From: an uncultured Candidatus Saccharibacteria bacterium | GTDB lineage: Bacteria > Patescibacteriota > Minisyncoccia > Phycocordibacterales > CAIRYW01 | Reading direction: 5' to 3' | DNA length: 64,000 nucleotides | Assembly (NCBI GenBank): GCA_964487135.1 | Contig: CAZAOU010000002.1 | Location: forward strand, 934-64,933 | In this document: positions 1-9,319 of the stretch, one piece after another | Layout: every line of letters starts with the position of its first letter | Position numbering within the stretch: position 1 is the stretch's first letter | Position numbers and translations under genes: made by a program | The notes under the pieces: generated by a model | What the model saw: only the letters and a program-made list of their open reading frames with translations | Database searches by the model: none | What the model was told of the DNA's origin: nothing

Positions 1-1
1 C

Positions 2-88
2 CGAACAATGATCAAAAAAGATTTTTATACTGAGCAATCTGAGAAAAGTGTTGACGAAACGGAAGAATCTCCAGTCCAGTCTGAATAA
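2..88 (+). CDS. 3' end of a CDS entering from the left edge (…RTMIKKDFYTEQSEKSVDETEESPVQSE*)
   Basis: Open frame from window edge to TAA at 86-88; product unidentifiable. Confidence 0.45.
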   Translation, partial: RTMIKKDFYTEQSEKSVDETEESPVQSE

Positions 89-138
89 TTCTTTAAATTA
101 AATAAGTAAAATCTAAAATCTTTTGGGTGTGTTTTGTG

Positions 139-168
139 TTGACAATATAGTAATTATTGTGGCATAAT
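139..168 (+). promoter_or_regulatory. sigma70-type promoter for ORF 179
   Basis: TTGACA-N18-CATAAT, 10 nt before ATG. Confidence 0.6.
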
Positions 169-178
169 CAGGAAGATT

Positions 179-769
179 ATGGACTTTGTCATGCCGATCT
201 GTGCAGTCATTATCGGGATAATGGCTGACAGACTTTACTTTCTGGAACTAGACAAAAAAACGGGACACCACAGACCAAACAGATGGTCATGGCTCATTTG
301 GTGTCTCACTTCCTATGTAGAGGTGGCCACCTTCAAAGGAATCTCGGCCGACTGGCTTAAGGTTATTCCTCTGGCAACAACCCCAATTGCCTGCACAATC
401 CTCTTTTGGAAAGTGTGGAAAATGAGAGAGGACAAGTGGGAAAGCCGGCTAGACAGGTTGATCGACATTTGCTCGGTCACCGCCTCCATCTCGGCAATCG
501 TGATTTGGGTGTGTTTCCAAGAGAAACTCTGGGCACACATTATCATGATTGTAGCCGTGCCAGTAAGCTACATCCCGACTTGGCGAAGTATTCCCAAAGA
601 AACTCACTCGGGTTGGGAGAGGTCGTGGATGTTGTGGACGATTATGGATGCATTAAACCTCGTCCTAAACATTCACCGCCTCAATAGCTTGGCTGAATTG
701 CCCTATGTCACGACAGAACTTATCTGTCATGGCAGTGTCTGGTTCTTAATATCCCGTCGTAGCACATGA
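179..769 (+). CDS. Multi-pass membrane protein, PQ-loop/SWEET-like two-repeat architecture; paralog-like to 57360..57923
   Basis: Hydrophobic helices; RPNRWSWLIW and SYIPTWR motifs parallel KPHPYTWFVW and AFIPTLQK in 57360..57923. Confidence 0.6.
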   Translation: MDFVMPICAVIIGIMADRLYFLELDKKTGHHRPNRWSWLIWCLTSYVEVATFKGISADWLKVIPLATTPIACTILFWKVWKMREDKWESRLDRLIDICSVTASISAIVIWVCFQEKLWAHIIMIVAVPVSYIPTWRSIPKETHSGWERSWMLWTIMDALNLVLNIHRLNSLAELPYVTTELICHGSVWFLISRRST

Positions 770-870
770 AGATCCTTAAGTGGAACACTGGTGTGCTAAT
801 TTTATTTTACAAATTATAGAGTATAATTCTATACTATATAAAGATTGAAAAATAATCTTATTAAATAATT

Positions 871-1713
871 ATGGATGAAACTTTCAGCTCAATTGATCTT
901 GTAACCCAATGTCTTTTAGACAAAAAGAGGACAGAAAAATTTGATAAAGCTATCAAAAAAATAATAAAACCTGATAGTATTGTTTTAGATGTTGGTACAG
1001 GGTCAGGAATACTTGCCTTACTTGCTGCTCGTGCAGGCGCTAAAAAAATCTACTCAATTGAAATTGATCCTTATGTTGCGCAATTAGCACAACAAAACAT
1101 TATAAATAATGGTTACAACAACATTATTGATGTAATTTTAGGTGATGCTCGAAACATAGATCTACCAGAAGAAGTAACACATATAGATGTTGTAATAATG
1201 GAAATGCTTACGACCGGGATGATTGACGAATTTCAAATATGGGCAATTAATAACCTTCATCAAAAAAAATATATAAACAAAGAAACAATATTTATACCTT
1301 TTAAACAAGACACATATATATCACTGTCAAACACTGATTACAATGACTATGGACTTAACATGAGAATGGTTAAACACTTCTGGGATTCCATGTTTAAACC
1401 TAAAGTTAAATTTCTATCAGAAAAATATTTACTTAATTCAATACCCTTTAATAAACAAAGCAAAATAGATTTTTGCTTTGAGCAAATTATAGATGTCAAA
1501 AAAACGGGTGTTGTTAACAGTGTTTATTTTACAAGCATATCACTTTTAGATGATCATATTTCTATAGGGGATACTTCAGCACTAAACGGACCTGTTTCTT
1601 TTCCGCTAGAATATGATGTGTTAGTAAAAAAGGGTGAAAAAGTTAGACTTATTGTTAATTATAAATTTGGAGGGGGATTTAGAAATATGAAAGTATCATT
1701 AAATAAAATTTAA
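871..1713 (+). CDS. Class I SAM-dependent methyltransferase, PRMT-like (COG4076-like)
   Basis: LLDKKRT helix, motif I VLDVGTGSGIL, post-I IYSIEID, double-E-like loop VIMEMLTTGMIDE, beta-rich C-terminal domain. Confidence 0.8.
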   Translation: MDETFSSIDLVTQCLLDKKRTEKFDKAIKKIIKPDSIVLDVGTGSGILALLAARAGAKKIYSIEIDPYVAQLAQQNIINNGYNNIIDVILGDARNIDLPEEVTHIDVVIMEMLTTGMIDEFQIWAINNLHQKKYINKETIFIPFKQDTYISLSNTDYNDYGLNMRMVKHFWDSMFKPKVKFLSEKYLLNSIPFNKQSKIDFCFEQIIDVKKTGVVNSVYFTSISLLDDHISIGDTSALNGPVSFPLEYDVLVKKGEKVRLIVNYKFGGGFRNMKVSLNKI

Positions 1714-1718
1714 ATTAT

Positions 1719-3416
1719 ATGGAATTATTGTGTCCTTGGGAACCGGCTAAATTTTTTATTTTTTCTAGCAATGTTCCAAAACTTTTATATTATTCTCATT
1801 TTATTGCAATCTTGGCTGCGCTAATATTCTCTTTAATTTTGTTTAGTAAGAGAAAGGATTCTTTAGTTATAAAAATATTTTTATTTAATGTAACCGCTTT
1901 TATAGCTTGGTCTGTAATAGATGTTTTATTATGGGCAAGTAATAGAGCTGATTTGGTGCTATTTTATTGGAACTTACAATTACTCCTTGAAACTTTTATA
2001 TACTCTAGTGCGTTATATTTTTCTTATATATTTATAAGAAAAAAAGATCTTAATACGCCATCAAAAATATATGTAGTGTTATCAATGCTTCCAATAATTT
2101 TGCTATTACCAACAAACTTACTTCTTCCAGGTATAGATATTTCATACTGTGATGCGATAGAATCAAAATTCTTAATTTATTATATATATACTTATGAAAT
2201 TATTCTTAGTTTATTTGTTGTCTTCTTTGCCATAAGACAGATTTATAAATCACCTGAAAGAAGGAAAGAAATTATTTTATTTGCAATAGGAATAATAATA
2301 TATTTAATAACTTTCTCATCAGGAAATATAATAGGTTCATTTACTGAGGACTGGGTATTGGCACAAGTGGGATTATTTGGAATGCCAATATTTATAGCTT
2401 TTCTTACTTACAGTATTGTGAAATTTAATTTATTCAACATAAAGCTAATTAGTAGTCAAGCTCTCGTGGGAACAATATGGCTACTTACACTAGCCATATT
2501 GTTCGTAAGAAAAATTGAAAATGTAAGAGTTATTGTCGTTTTCACATTATGTTTATTTACAGTGCTTGGGTATCAACTTATTAAAAGTGTGAAAAGGGAA
2601 ATTGAAATTAGAGAAAAAATTGAAAAACTAGCTCTTGATCTTAAATCAGCAAATACAAAACTCGAAGAACTAAATCAACAAAAAACAGAATTTATTTCTT
2701 TCGCATCACACCAGCTTCGCGGACCACTTACTTCAATCAAGGGATATGCCTCACTTATTCTTGAAGGAGATTTCGGAAAACTAACAGATGATATAAAAGG
2801 AGCGGTTAATACGATATATCAGTCAACTCAGTCACTTGTAACAATTGTGGGAGATTATCTTGATGTATCACGAATAGAACTCGGCAGAATGAAATATGAT
2901 TTCAAAAAATTTGATTTTAGAAATTTGGTAAAAACCGTTGTAACAGAATTTGAACCTAATATTAAAAATTCCACTCTTTCTTTTGATTTTAAAGATTCCC
3001 CTGGACACACTTTAGTTTATGGTGATGAAGGAAAAATAAAACAAGTTATTTCAAATCTTATTGATAACTCAATGAAATATACAAAAAAAGGAGGGCTTAC
3101 CGTTGAGCTTATTCCTATGAATAATAAAGTGAGATTTGTGGTGTCTGATACTGGGGTGGGAATAAGTCCAGAAGTAATGCCTAATCTTTTTGAAAAATTT
3201 TCTCGTGCACCAGATGCTTCAAAAACCAATATACTAGGAACTGGTCTCGGTTTGTTTGTAGCTAAAAAAATGATCGAAGCTCATAAAGGAAAAATTTGGG
3301 CGGAATCAGAAGGAAAAGATAAGGGTTCTAAATTTATTATAGAGCTAGACACAACAGAAGTAGATACTGTTGATAAAATACCTGAATCAGCAAAAAATTT
3401 CGCAAAAGATTTGTAG
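1719..3416 (+). CDS. Membrane sensor histidine kinase with N-terminal multi-TM (HisKA_7TM-like) domain
   Basis: H-box SHQLRGPLT, N-box NLIDNSMKYT, G1 DTGVGI, F-box LFEKF, G2 GTGLGL; about 280 aa hydrophobic N-terminus. Confidence 0.92.
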   Translation: MELLCPWEPAKFFIFSSNVPKLLYYSHFIAILAALIFSLILFSKRKDSLVIKIFLFNVTAFIAWSVIDVLLWASNRADLVLFYWNLQLLLETFIYSSALYFSYIFIRKKDLNTPSKIYVVLSMLPIILLLPTNLLLPGIDISYCDAIESKFLIYYIYTYEIILSLFVVFFAIRQIYKSPERRKEIILFAIGIIIYLITFSSGNIIGSFTEDWVLAQVGLFGMPIFIAFLTYSIVKFNLFNIKLISSQALVGTIWLLTLAILFVRKIENVRVIVVFTLCLFTVLGYQLIKSVKREIEIREKIEKLALDLKSANTKLEELNQQKTEFISFASHQLRGPLTSIKGYASLILEGDFGKLTDDIKGAVNTIYQSTQSLVTIVGDYLDVSRIELGRMKYDFKKFDFRNLVKTVVTEFEPNIKNSTLSFDFKDSPGHTLVYGDEGKIKQVISNLIDNSMKYTKKGGLTVELIPMNNKVRFVVSDTGVGISPEVMPNLFEKFSRAPDASKTNILGTGLGLFVAKKMIEAHKGKIWAESEGKDKGSKFIIELDTTEVDTVDKIPESAKNFAKDL

Positions 3417-3439
3417 ACTTGGTATAATTCAACAACAAG

Positions 3440-4159
3440 ATGCTTGCTTCTTATGTACATTTTTTTGGTAGTGCAATTTTTTTCTTCTTATTTTTGCTGT
3501 TTCTACATATATACCGATCAAAACATAACCTATATATATTTTTTTACTCAATAACATTTCTTTTTCTGTTTCTCTTTACCTTTGCAAGTTCAGTTCCGAT
3601 AATAATTTATGGTGGTAATAATATTTCCGCTTGGGCAAATGTTGGAGCAAATATTTTTGTATTTTGTTTAATTGCGACCTGCTTAAGAGTTCAGCTGGCA
3701 GTTCAAGATCCATTTTTAATCAAAAATATTAAAAAATTAGATATTATTCTTTTATTAGTAGCTCTCGTATCTACAACAATTCAAATAATGCATTTACAGA
3801 ATCCTGAGGTAAGCCCCAAAGGAGTTGTTTGGCATTTAAATCCGATATCAGGATGGATAATAACAATAACTGCGTTCTGTTACGGAATATACTGGAGTTA
3901 TTTTTTTGGAAAAATTGCACGCCTTTTAAAAGATACGAGATTAAAAATAAATATGTGGATTCTTTCTGTAAACGGTGTGGTGCAGGGTAGTTCGGCATTA
4001 TTCTTTTTTGTAATGGAATCTCCACAAAAACAACTTTTTGGCTTAATACTACTCTGCGGAAGTGGTCTAATAAGTCTTATATTATTTCTTATCCCTGAAA
4101 TTATTTTTCACATAAAACTATCTAGGGATAATAGAAAAATGGTAGGGGTGTCTACTTAA
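3440..4159 (+). CDS. Stand-alone multi-pass (~7 TM) membrane protein
   Basis: Alternating hydrophobic helices, no catalytic domain; TATAAT at 3423-3428. Confidence 0.7.
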   Translation: MLASYVHFFGSAIFFFLFLLFLHIYRSKHNLYIFFYSITFLFLFLFTFASSVPIIIYGGNNISAWANVGANIFVFCLIATCLRVQLAVQDPFLIKNIKKLDIILLLVALVSTTIQIMHLQNPEVSPKGVVWHLNPISGWIITITAFCYGIYWSYFFGKIARLLKDTRLKINMWILSVNGVVQGSSALFFFVMESPQKQLFGLILLCGSGLISLILFLIPEIIFHIKLSRDNRKMVGVST

Positions 4160-4213
4160 TACCACCAATCATTTCTCTGGTAAAATAGGTATATTTTTGA
4201 TACTATTTTGCCT

Positions 4214-5161
4214 ATGAAAAAAAAGCTTTTAAGCGGAATTAAACCGACCGGCAGAACCCATATAGGTAATTATTTTGGTGCTATAAAGCAGTGGCTTAAA
4301 ATGATGGATTCGGGAGAGTTTGACTGCACATGCATGATTGCAGACTATCACACCCTCAATTTTGTTCACAATAAGGACGAAATGAAAAATCTGACCCGCG
4401 ATATGGTATTAGACTATCTCGCTGTCGGTCTTGATCCTAAAAAAGTTACAATTTTTAAACAGTCAGACGTTTCGGCTCATACAGAACTTACATGGATTTT
4501 TGACACACTTGTTACTGTTCCATATCTAATGAGAGCTCACGCATATAAAGACGCGGAAGCAAAAGAAAAAGAAATTTCTGCGGGAACATTTAATTACCCA
4601 GTTTTAATGGCGTCTGACATTCTTCTTTACGACACAGACATCGTTCCTGTTGGAGCTGATCAAAAACAGCACATAGAGTATGCTCGAGATATTGCACAAA
4701 AATTTAATACTACTTTTGGAGAAACATTTAAACTTCCAAAAGAACTTATTATTCCTGAGGTTGCGATTGTTCCAGGAATTGATGGCAGAAAAATGAGTAA
4801 AAGCTATAGCAATACAATTCCACTTTTTGCAACAAAAGAAGAAATAACCAATGCTGTGATGGCTATTGTAACAGATTCAGGAAGTGATATTCCAACAAAT
4901 GTATACACGATTCATTCACTTATAAAAGATAAAAGTGCTCTAGATTCTATTTATAATGAAAATAAAGGTAAGTATAAAATTCTTAAAGATATGTTAATTG
5001 AAGACTTAGATGCTTTTATAAAACCAATGAGAGATAGAAGGAGTGAGTTTGAAAAAGATTCAGAAATTGTAGACAAGGTTTTAGAAGAAGGAAAATCCAA
5101 GGCAAATGAAATTGCAAACGCGACACTTACAAAAGCAAAACAAGCAATAGGGGTAATATAA
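4214..5161 (+). CDS. trpS: Tryptophan--tRNA ligase
   Basis: SGIKPTG-HIGN, YPVLMASDILLY, VPVGADQKQH, KMSKS. Confidence 0.97.
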   Translation: MKKKLLSGIKPTGRTHIGNYFGAIKQWLKMMDSGEFDCTCMIADYHTLNFVHNKDEMKNLTRDMVLDYLAVGLDPKKVTIFKQSDVSAHTELTWIFDTLVTVPYLMRAHAYKDAEAKEKEISAGTFNYPVLMASDILLYDTDIVPVGADQKQHIEYARDIAQKFNTTFGETFKLPKELIIPEVAIVPGIDGRKMSKSYSNTIPLFATKEEITNAVMAIVTDSGSDIPTNVYTIHSLIKDKSALDSIYNENKGKYKILKDMLIEDLDAFIKPMRDRRSEFEKDSEIVDKVLEEGKSKANEIANATLTKAKQAIGVI

Positions 5162-5165
5162 AAAC

Positions 5166-6494
5166 ATGGAAAGAACATACATCGGAAATTTAAAAGAAAA
5201 GATTGGACAGGAGGTGTTGGTGAAGGGTTGGGTTGATACAAGGCGCGATCAAGGAAAACTTATTTTCTTTGATTTTAGAGACATGACTGGCTTTGTACAA
5301 GGAGTGATTTTACCGAACACAACAGAAGCTCACGCTGTTGGTGAAAAAGTCCGTCCAGAATGGGTTGTTGAAGTAAAGGGAAAAGTAAACAAGCGCCCAG
5401 AAAAAAATGTTTCTGCTGATAAACAGAATGGAACAATCGAGTTAGAAATTCTTTCTATGGAAGTTCTAAACGAAGCAGAAACACCTTTTGAATTGGGTAG
5501 CGAGCTTAATCTAGATACATATTTAGATTATCTGCCATATACTTTGAGGACCCAAAAAGCGAAAGATATCTTTACAATGCAAGCATCAATTGTTGATGCT
5601 TATAGGCAATCTCTTATTAAACAAAATTTTACAGAGTTTATGGCACCAGCCATAGTTGGAGGTGATGCAGAAGGAGGAGCTGCAGCTTTTAAAGTTGAAT
5701 ATTTTAAGGATAAAACAGCTTTTTTGGCTACGAGCCCTCAATTCTACAAACAAATAATGGTAGGTCCTTTTGAAAGAGCTTTTACTGTTGCAAAAATATT
5801 TAGAGCTGAAAAAAGCGCTACAACAAGGCATATAAGTGAGGCGGTCTGTGTCGATTTTGAAATGGGATTTATAAAAGACGAAAAAGAACCAATGCAAGTT
5901 TTAGAAAATTGCATTAGAGATGTTGTAAAATCGGTTTCTGAAAAAAATCAAGATATTTTTAAAAGATTTAACGTAGAAGTTCCAAAAATACCAGAAAAAA
6001 TTCCTGTATTTACATTGACCGAAGCTCAGGAAACAATAAAAAAAGAATTTGGTAGAAATATAGAAGACATAAACGACATGTCACCAGAAGATGAGAGACA
6101 AATTTGTGAATATTCCAAAAAAACTTATGATTCTGATTTTGTTTTCATAACTCGGTTTCCAACAAAAAAACGAGCATTTTATACTTACGAAGATGCTAAT
6201 GAGGCTCCTTTTTCGCGTGGATTCGATCTTTTGTTTAGAGGCCTAGAAATAAACAGTGGTGCTCAACGTATACATAATTATGACTCATTGGTTGCAAGGA
6301 TGGTTGAAAGGGGACTAGATCCTCAGAAATTTTCTTTTTATCTCCAAGCTTTTAAATATGGAATGCCTCCTCATGGGGGATCCTCAACTGGTTTAGAGAG
6401 ATTTACTGCGCGAATGTTACAACTTTCTAACATAAAAGAGGCAACATCATTTCCAAGAGATATGTCGCGAATTGACAATCCTCTTTCAAATTAG
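5166..6494 (+). CDS. aspS: Aspartate--tRNA(Asp/Asn) ligase, short archaeal-type (likely non-discriminating)
   Basis: OB-fold GWVDTRRDQGK, SPQFYKQ, FRAEKS, GAQRIH, GMPPHGG; no GAD insertion. Confidence 0.9.
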   Translation: MERTYIGNLKEKIGQEVLVKGWVDTRRDQGKLIFFDFRDMTGFVQGVILPNTTEAHAVGEKVRPEWVVEVKGKVNKRPEKNVSADKQNGTIELEILSMEVLNEAETPFELGSELNLDTYLDYLPYTLRTQKAKDIFTMQASIVDAYRQSLIKQNFTEFMAPAIVGGDAEGGAAAFKVEYFKDKTAFLATSPQFYKQIMVGPFERAFTVAKIFRAEKSATTRHISEAVCVDFEMGFIKDEKEPMQVLENCIRDVVKSVSEKNQDIFKRFNVEVPKIPEKIPVFTLTEAQETIKKEFGRNIEDINDMSPEDERQICEYSKKTYDSDFVFITRFPTKKRAFYTYEDANEAPFSRGFDLLFRGLEINSGAQRIHNYDSLVARMVERGLDPQKFSFYLQAFKYGMPPHGGSSTGLERFTARMLQLSNIKEATSFPRDMSRIDNPLSN

Positions 6495-6549
6495 AGGATT
6501 TGTAATATTTTAATTTTTGTTGTATAAATTGGTTCAAACAAGCCAATGA

Positions 6550-6744
6550 ATGCACAAAAAGAAACGTCCAAACCACGCAGACACATCCCGACCTGGCGCA
6601 TCGAAAAAGATGCCCAAACAGCACGCAGTGCACACCAACACACCTATGACCCCAAAGTTGCCGGCACAGCAATTTCCTGGTCTGGCGTGGCGAACTCCGG
6701 GATTAAGCGCTGAAGAAAGGCGCAAACTCGGTCTTGGACCTTAG
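6550..6744 (+). CDS. Small basic hypothetical protein
   Basis: GC-richer ORF followed by hairpin-like tail and T-run. Confidence 0.5.
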   Translation: MHKKKRPNHADTSRPGASKKMPKQHAVHTNTPMTPKLPAQQFPGLAWRTPGLSAEERRKLGLGP

Positions 6745-6806
6745 TAAGGAGGATGGCAGACGGCCACCTCTATTTTTTATGCTCAAAATGCTAGAATAAT
6801 TAATAC

Positions 6807-7538
6807 ATGCAAGATTTCAAAATAAAAACTGAGCAATTTGAAGGACCACTCGACTTGCTTTTAAGTCTTATAGAAAAACGAAAACTTCTCATCAATGAGA
6901 TTTCTCTTAACCAAGTAACTGATGACTATATAGAACACATAAAATCTATATCAGAATACTCACTCAAAAATAGAGCTGACTTTATTGCTGTTGCCTCAAC
7001 CTTAATTCTTATAAAATCTCGCTCACTTCTTCCAAACCTTTCTCTTACCGACGAAGAAGAACAAAGCGTTCAAGATCTAGAAGAGCGTCTAAAAATTTAT
7101 AAAAAAATCAAAGAATTATCTTCCCATGTTGAAAAAAAATTTGGAAAAAATTCAATATATTTTGCGGAAGAATCAAAAATAATAAATCCTGTATTTTCGC
7201 CACATGAATCTATAAAAACCAGTATTCTAAAAGATGCTTTGTATGGGCTGTTAGCAAGAATTCCTATTCCACAAAAGAAAAAAGAAGTGATTATTAAAAA
7301 AGTTATTTCGATGGAAGAGATGATAGAAAATTTAACAACAAGAATTCAAGGTGCTCTTAAAATGTCTTTTAAAAAATTCAGTGGGGCAGGAGAAGAAAAA
7401 ACAGAAAAAGTAAATGTTATTGTGAGTTTCTTGGCACTATTAGAACTTGTAAAACAAGGAATTTTAGACGCAAAACAAGATACTCATTTTGATGATATTG
7501 AGATGGAAACAGTAAGCGTTGGAGTGCCTAGATATTAA
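6807..7538 (+). CDS. scpA: Segregation/condensation protein A
   Basis: FEGPLDLLLSLI, LIKSRSLLP, FLALLELVKQG. Confidence 0.95.
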   Translation: MQDFKIKTEQFEGPLDLLLSLIEKRKLLINEISLNQVTDDYIEHIKSISEYSLKNRADFIAVASTLILIKSRSLLPNLSLTDEEEQSVQDLEERLKIYKKIKELSSHVEKKFGKNSIYFAEESKIINPVFSPHESIKTSILKDALYGLLARIPIPQKKKEVIIKKVISMEEMIENLTTRIQGALKMSFKKFSGAGEEKTEKVNVIVSFLALLELVKQGILDAKQDTHFDDIEMETVSVGVPRY

Positions 7539-7548
7539 GGGACGCTTC

Positions 7549-7646
7549 AGAAAATACAGTCCCAAAATGCACAAAAATTTATTGCTATAAATTTTCTCTG
7601 TCCGGTGTCGCCACACCTACCAAGGCATTTTAAGACTATATTTTCT
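7549..7646 (-). repeat. Folded intergenic element: 22-bp imperfect inverted repeat enclosing two hairpins (MITE/REP-like or ncRNA)
   Basis: Arms 7549-7570 and 7625-7646; all three mismatches are G-U pairs on the minus strand. Confidence 0.6.
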
Positions 7647-7695
7647 TCCTCTTTTAAGTTTAAAGCCCTTTTTAATAAGTCAAAAAAGGGTTAAA

Positions 7696-8253
7696 ATGGA
7701 GGTTATGCAAGAATTAGATAAACGTATCGAAGCAATCCTTTTTTTTGAAAACCAACCCGTAAGTATTAAAAAACTTTCCACACTATTTAAAGTATCTTCT
7801 GACGATATAAAGAATTCTTTAGAGATACTAAACGACCGTCTTCAAGGTGGAATTGTTCTTATACAAAAAGACGACGAGGTAATGCTTGGCACATCACCTG
7901 AAGTTTCAGAAATAATAGAATCAATAAAAAAAGAAGAGTTATCTAAAGAACTTTCTAAGGCAGCTCTGGAAACCTTAACCATAATTATCTACAAAGGACC
8001 ACTGCGAAGAAGTGAGATTGATTTTATACGAGGAGTAAATTCTCAATTTATAATACGAAATCTAGAAATGAGAGGTCTTGTTGAAAGAATCACTGATCCA
8101 AAAGATGAAAGGGCGAGCTTGTATAGACCGTCTTTTGAACTTCTTTCATTTTTAGGAATAAAAAATATTGAGGACATGCCCGAGTTTGATGTTTTAAAGA
8201 AAAAAGTTGAGGACTTAGAGGAGTCTCTTAAACAAACCGAAGAAAATCAATGA
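7696..8253 (+). CDS. scpB: Segregation/condensation protein B
   Basis: IEAILF, LSKAALETLTIIIY, IDFIRGVNS. Confidence 0.95.
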   Translation: MEVMQELDKRIEAILFFENQPVSIKKLSTLFKVSSDDIKNSLEILNDRLQGGIVLIQKDDEVMLGTSPEVSEIIESIKKEELSKELSKAALETLTIIIYKGPLRRSEIDFIRGVNSQFIIRNLEMRGLVERITDPKDERASLYRPSFELLSFLGIKNIEDMPEFDVLKKKVEDLEESLKQTEENQ

Positions 8254-9305
8254 TTATAAATATAATAAAAATTTTTTTTCCAACAGCGGTAGCATTTTTT
8301 GTGGGTATTGGAATAACACCTTTTATAACAAACAAATTATACAAATATAAGGCTTGGAAAAAACAGGCTGGAAAGATTGATTCTTTAGGTAATACTGCCG
8401 AAACTTTTAATAAACTTCATCAAAACAAGGAAGTTGGAACACCTAGACTTGGTGGAATTATTATTTGGGCAAGCACACTCATAACAGCGGTGGGATTCTG
8501 GATTGTTTCAAAATTTTTTCCTGATGCTTTTTCAAAATTTGATTTTATATCCAGAAATCAAACATGGATACCTTTGGTAACACTTTTAGTTGGAGCATTT
8601 GTTGGTGCTATAGATGATTTTTTGGAAATAAAAAGAGGAAATGGAGGTTTACCACTTTGGCAACGACTTCTAACTGTCACCGTAGTTGGGATACTTGCAG
8701 GATTTTGGTTTTACGAAAAACTAGACGTTGTTAGTGTAGGACTTCCTTTTGGTGGAGAAATATTTGTTGGAGCCCTAATTATCCCAATTGTTGCATTGGT
8801 AATGCTGTTTATTTATTCTGGTGGAGTAATAGATGGAATTGATGGTCTATCAGGAGGAGTATTTGCTGTTATATTTGTTGCTTATGCTGGAATTGCATTT
8901 TCTCTCAATCAAATAAACTTGGCTGCGCTATCTGCCGTAATAGGTGGATCAATTCTCGCATTTTTATGGTTCAATATTCCACCTGCAAGATTTTACATGA
9001 CAGAAACTGGCTCAATGGCCTTAACGATGGCACTTACAATAATTGCATTTATGACAGATACCATTGGGGGTGGTTATGGTCTCATTTGTCTTCCTATCGT
9101 TGCATTTCCGCTTGTTATAACAACAATTTCTGACATCATACAAATTGCTTCAAAAAAAATTCGAGGTAAAAAAGTATTTTTGGTAGCACCTCTTCATCAC
9201 CATTTTGAAGCTCTTGGATGGTCACGAGAAAAAATAACGATGCGATACTGGATACTGTCTGTAATTTTTGGAATTATTGGTCTTTGTTTTGCGCTTATTA
9301 GATAA
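8250..9305 (+). CDS. mraY: Phospho-N-acetylmuramoyl-pentapeptide transferase
   Basis: GTPRLGG, GAIDD, DGIDGL, FNIPPARFYM, APLHHHFE. Confidence 0.95.
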   Translation: MIINIIKIFFPTAVAFFVGIGITPFITNKLYKYKAWKKQAGKIDSLGNTAETFNKLHQNKEVGTPRLGGIIIWASTLITAVGFWIVSKFFPDAFSKFDFISRNQTWIPLVTLLVGAFVGAIDDFLEIKRGNGGLPLWQRLLTVTVVGILAGFWFYEKLDVVSVGLPFGGEIFVGALIIPIVALVMLFIYSGGVIDGIDGLSGGVFAVIFVAYAGIAFSLNQINLAALSAVIGGSILAFLWFNIPPARFYMTETGSMALTMALTIIAFMTDTIGGGYGLICLPIVAFPLVITTISDIIQIASKKIRGKKVFLVAPLHHHFEALGWSREKITMRYWILSVIFGIIGLCFALIR

Positions 9306-9319
9306 ATTTTAAGAGGTAA

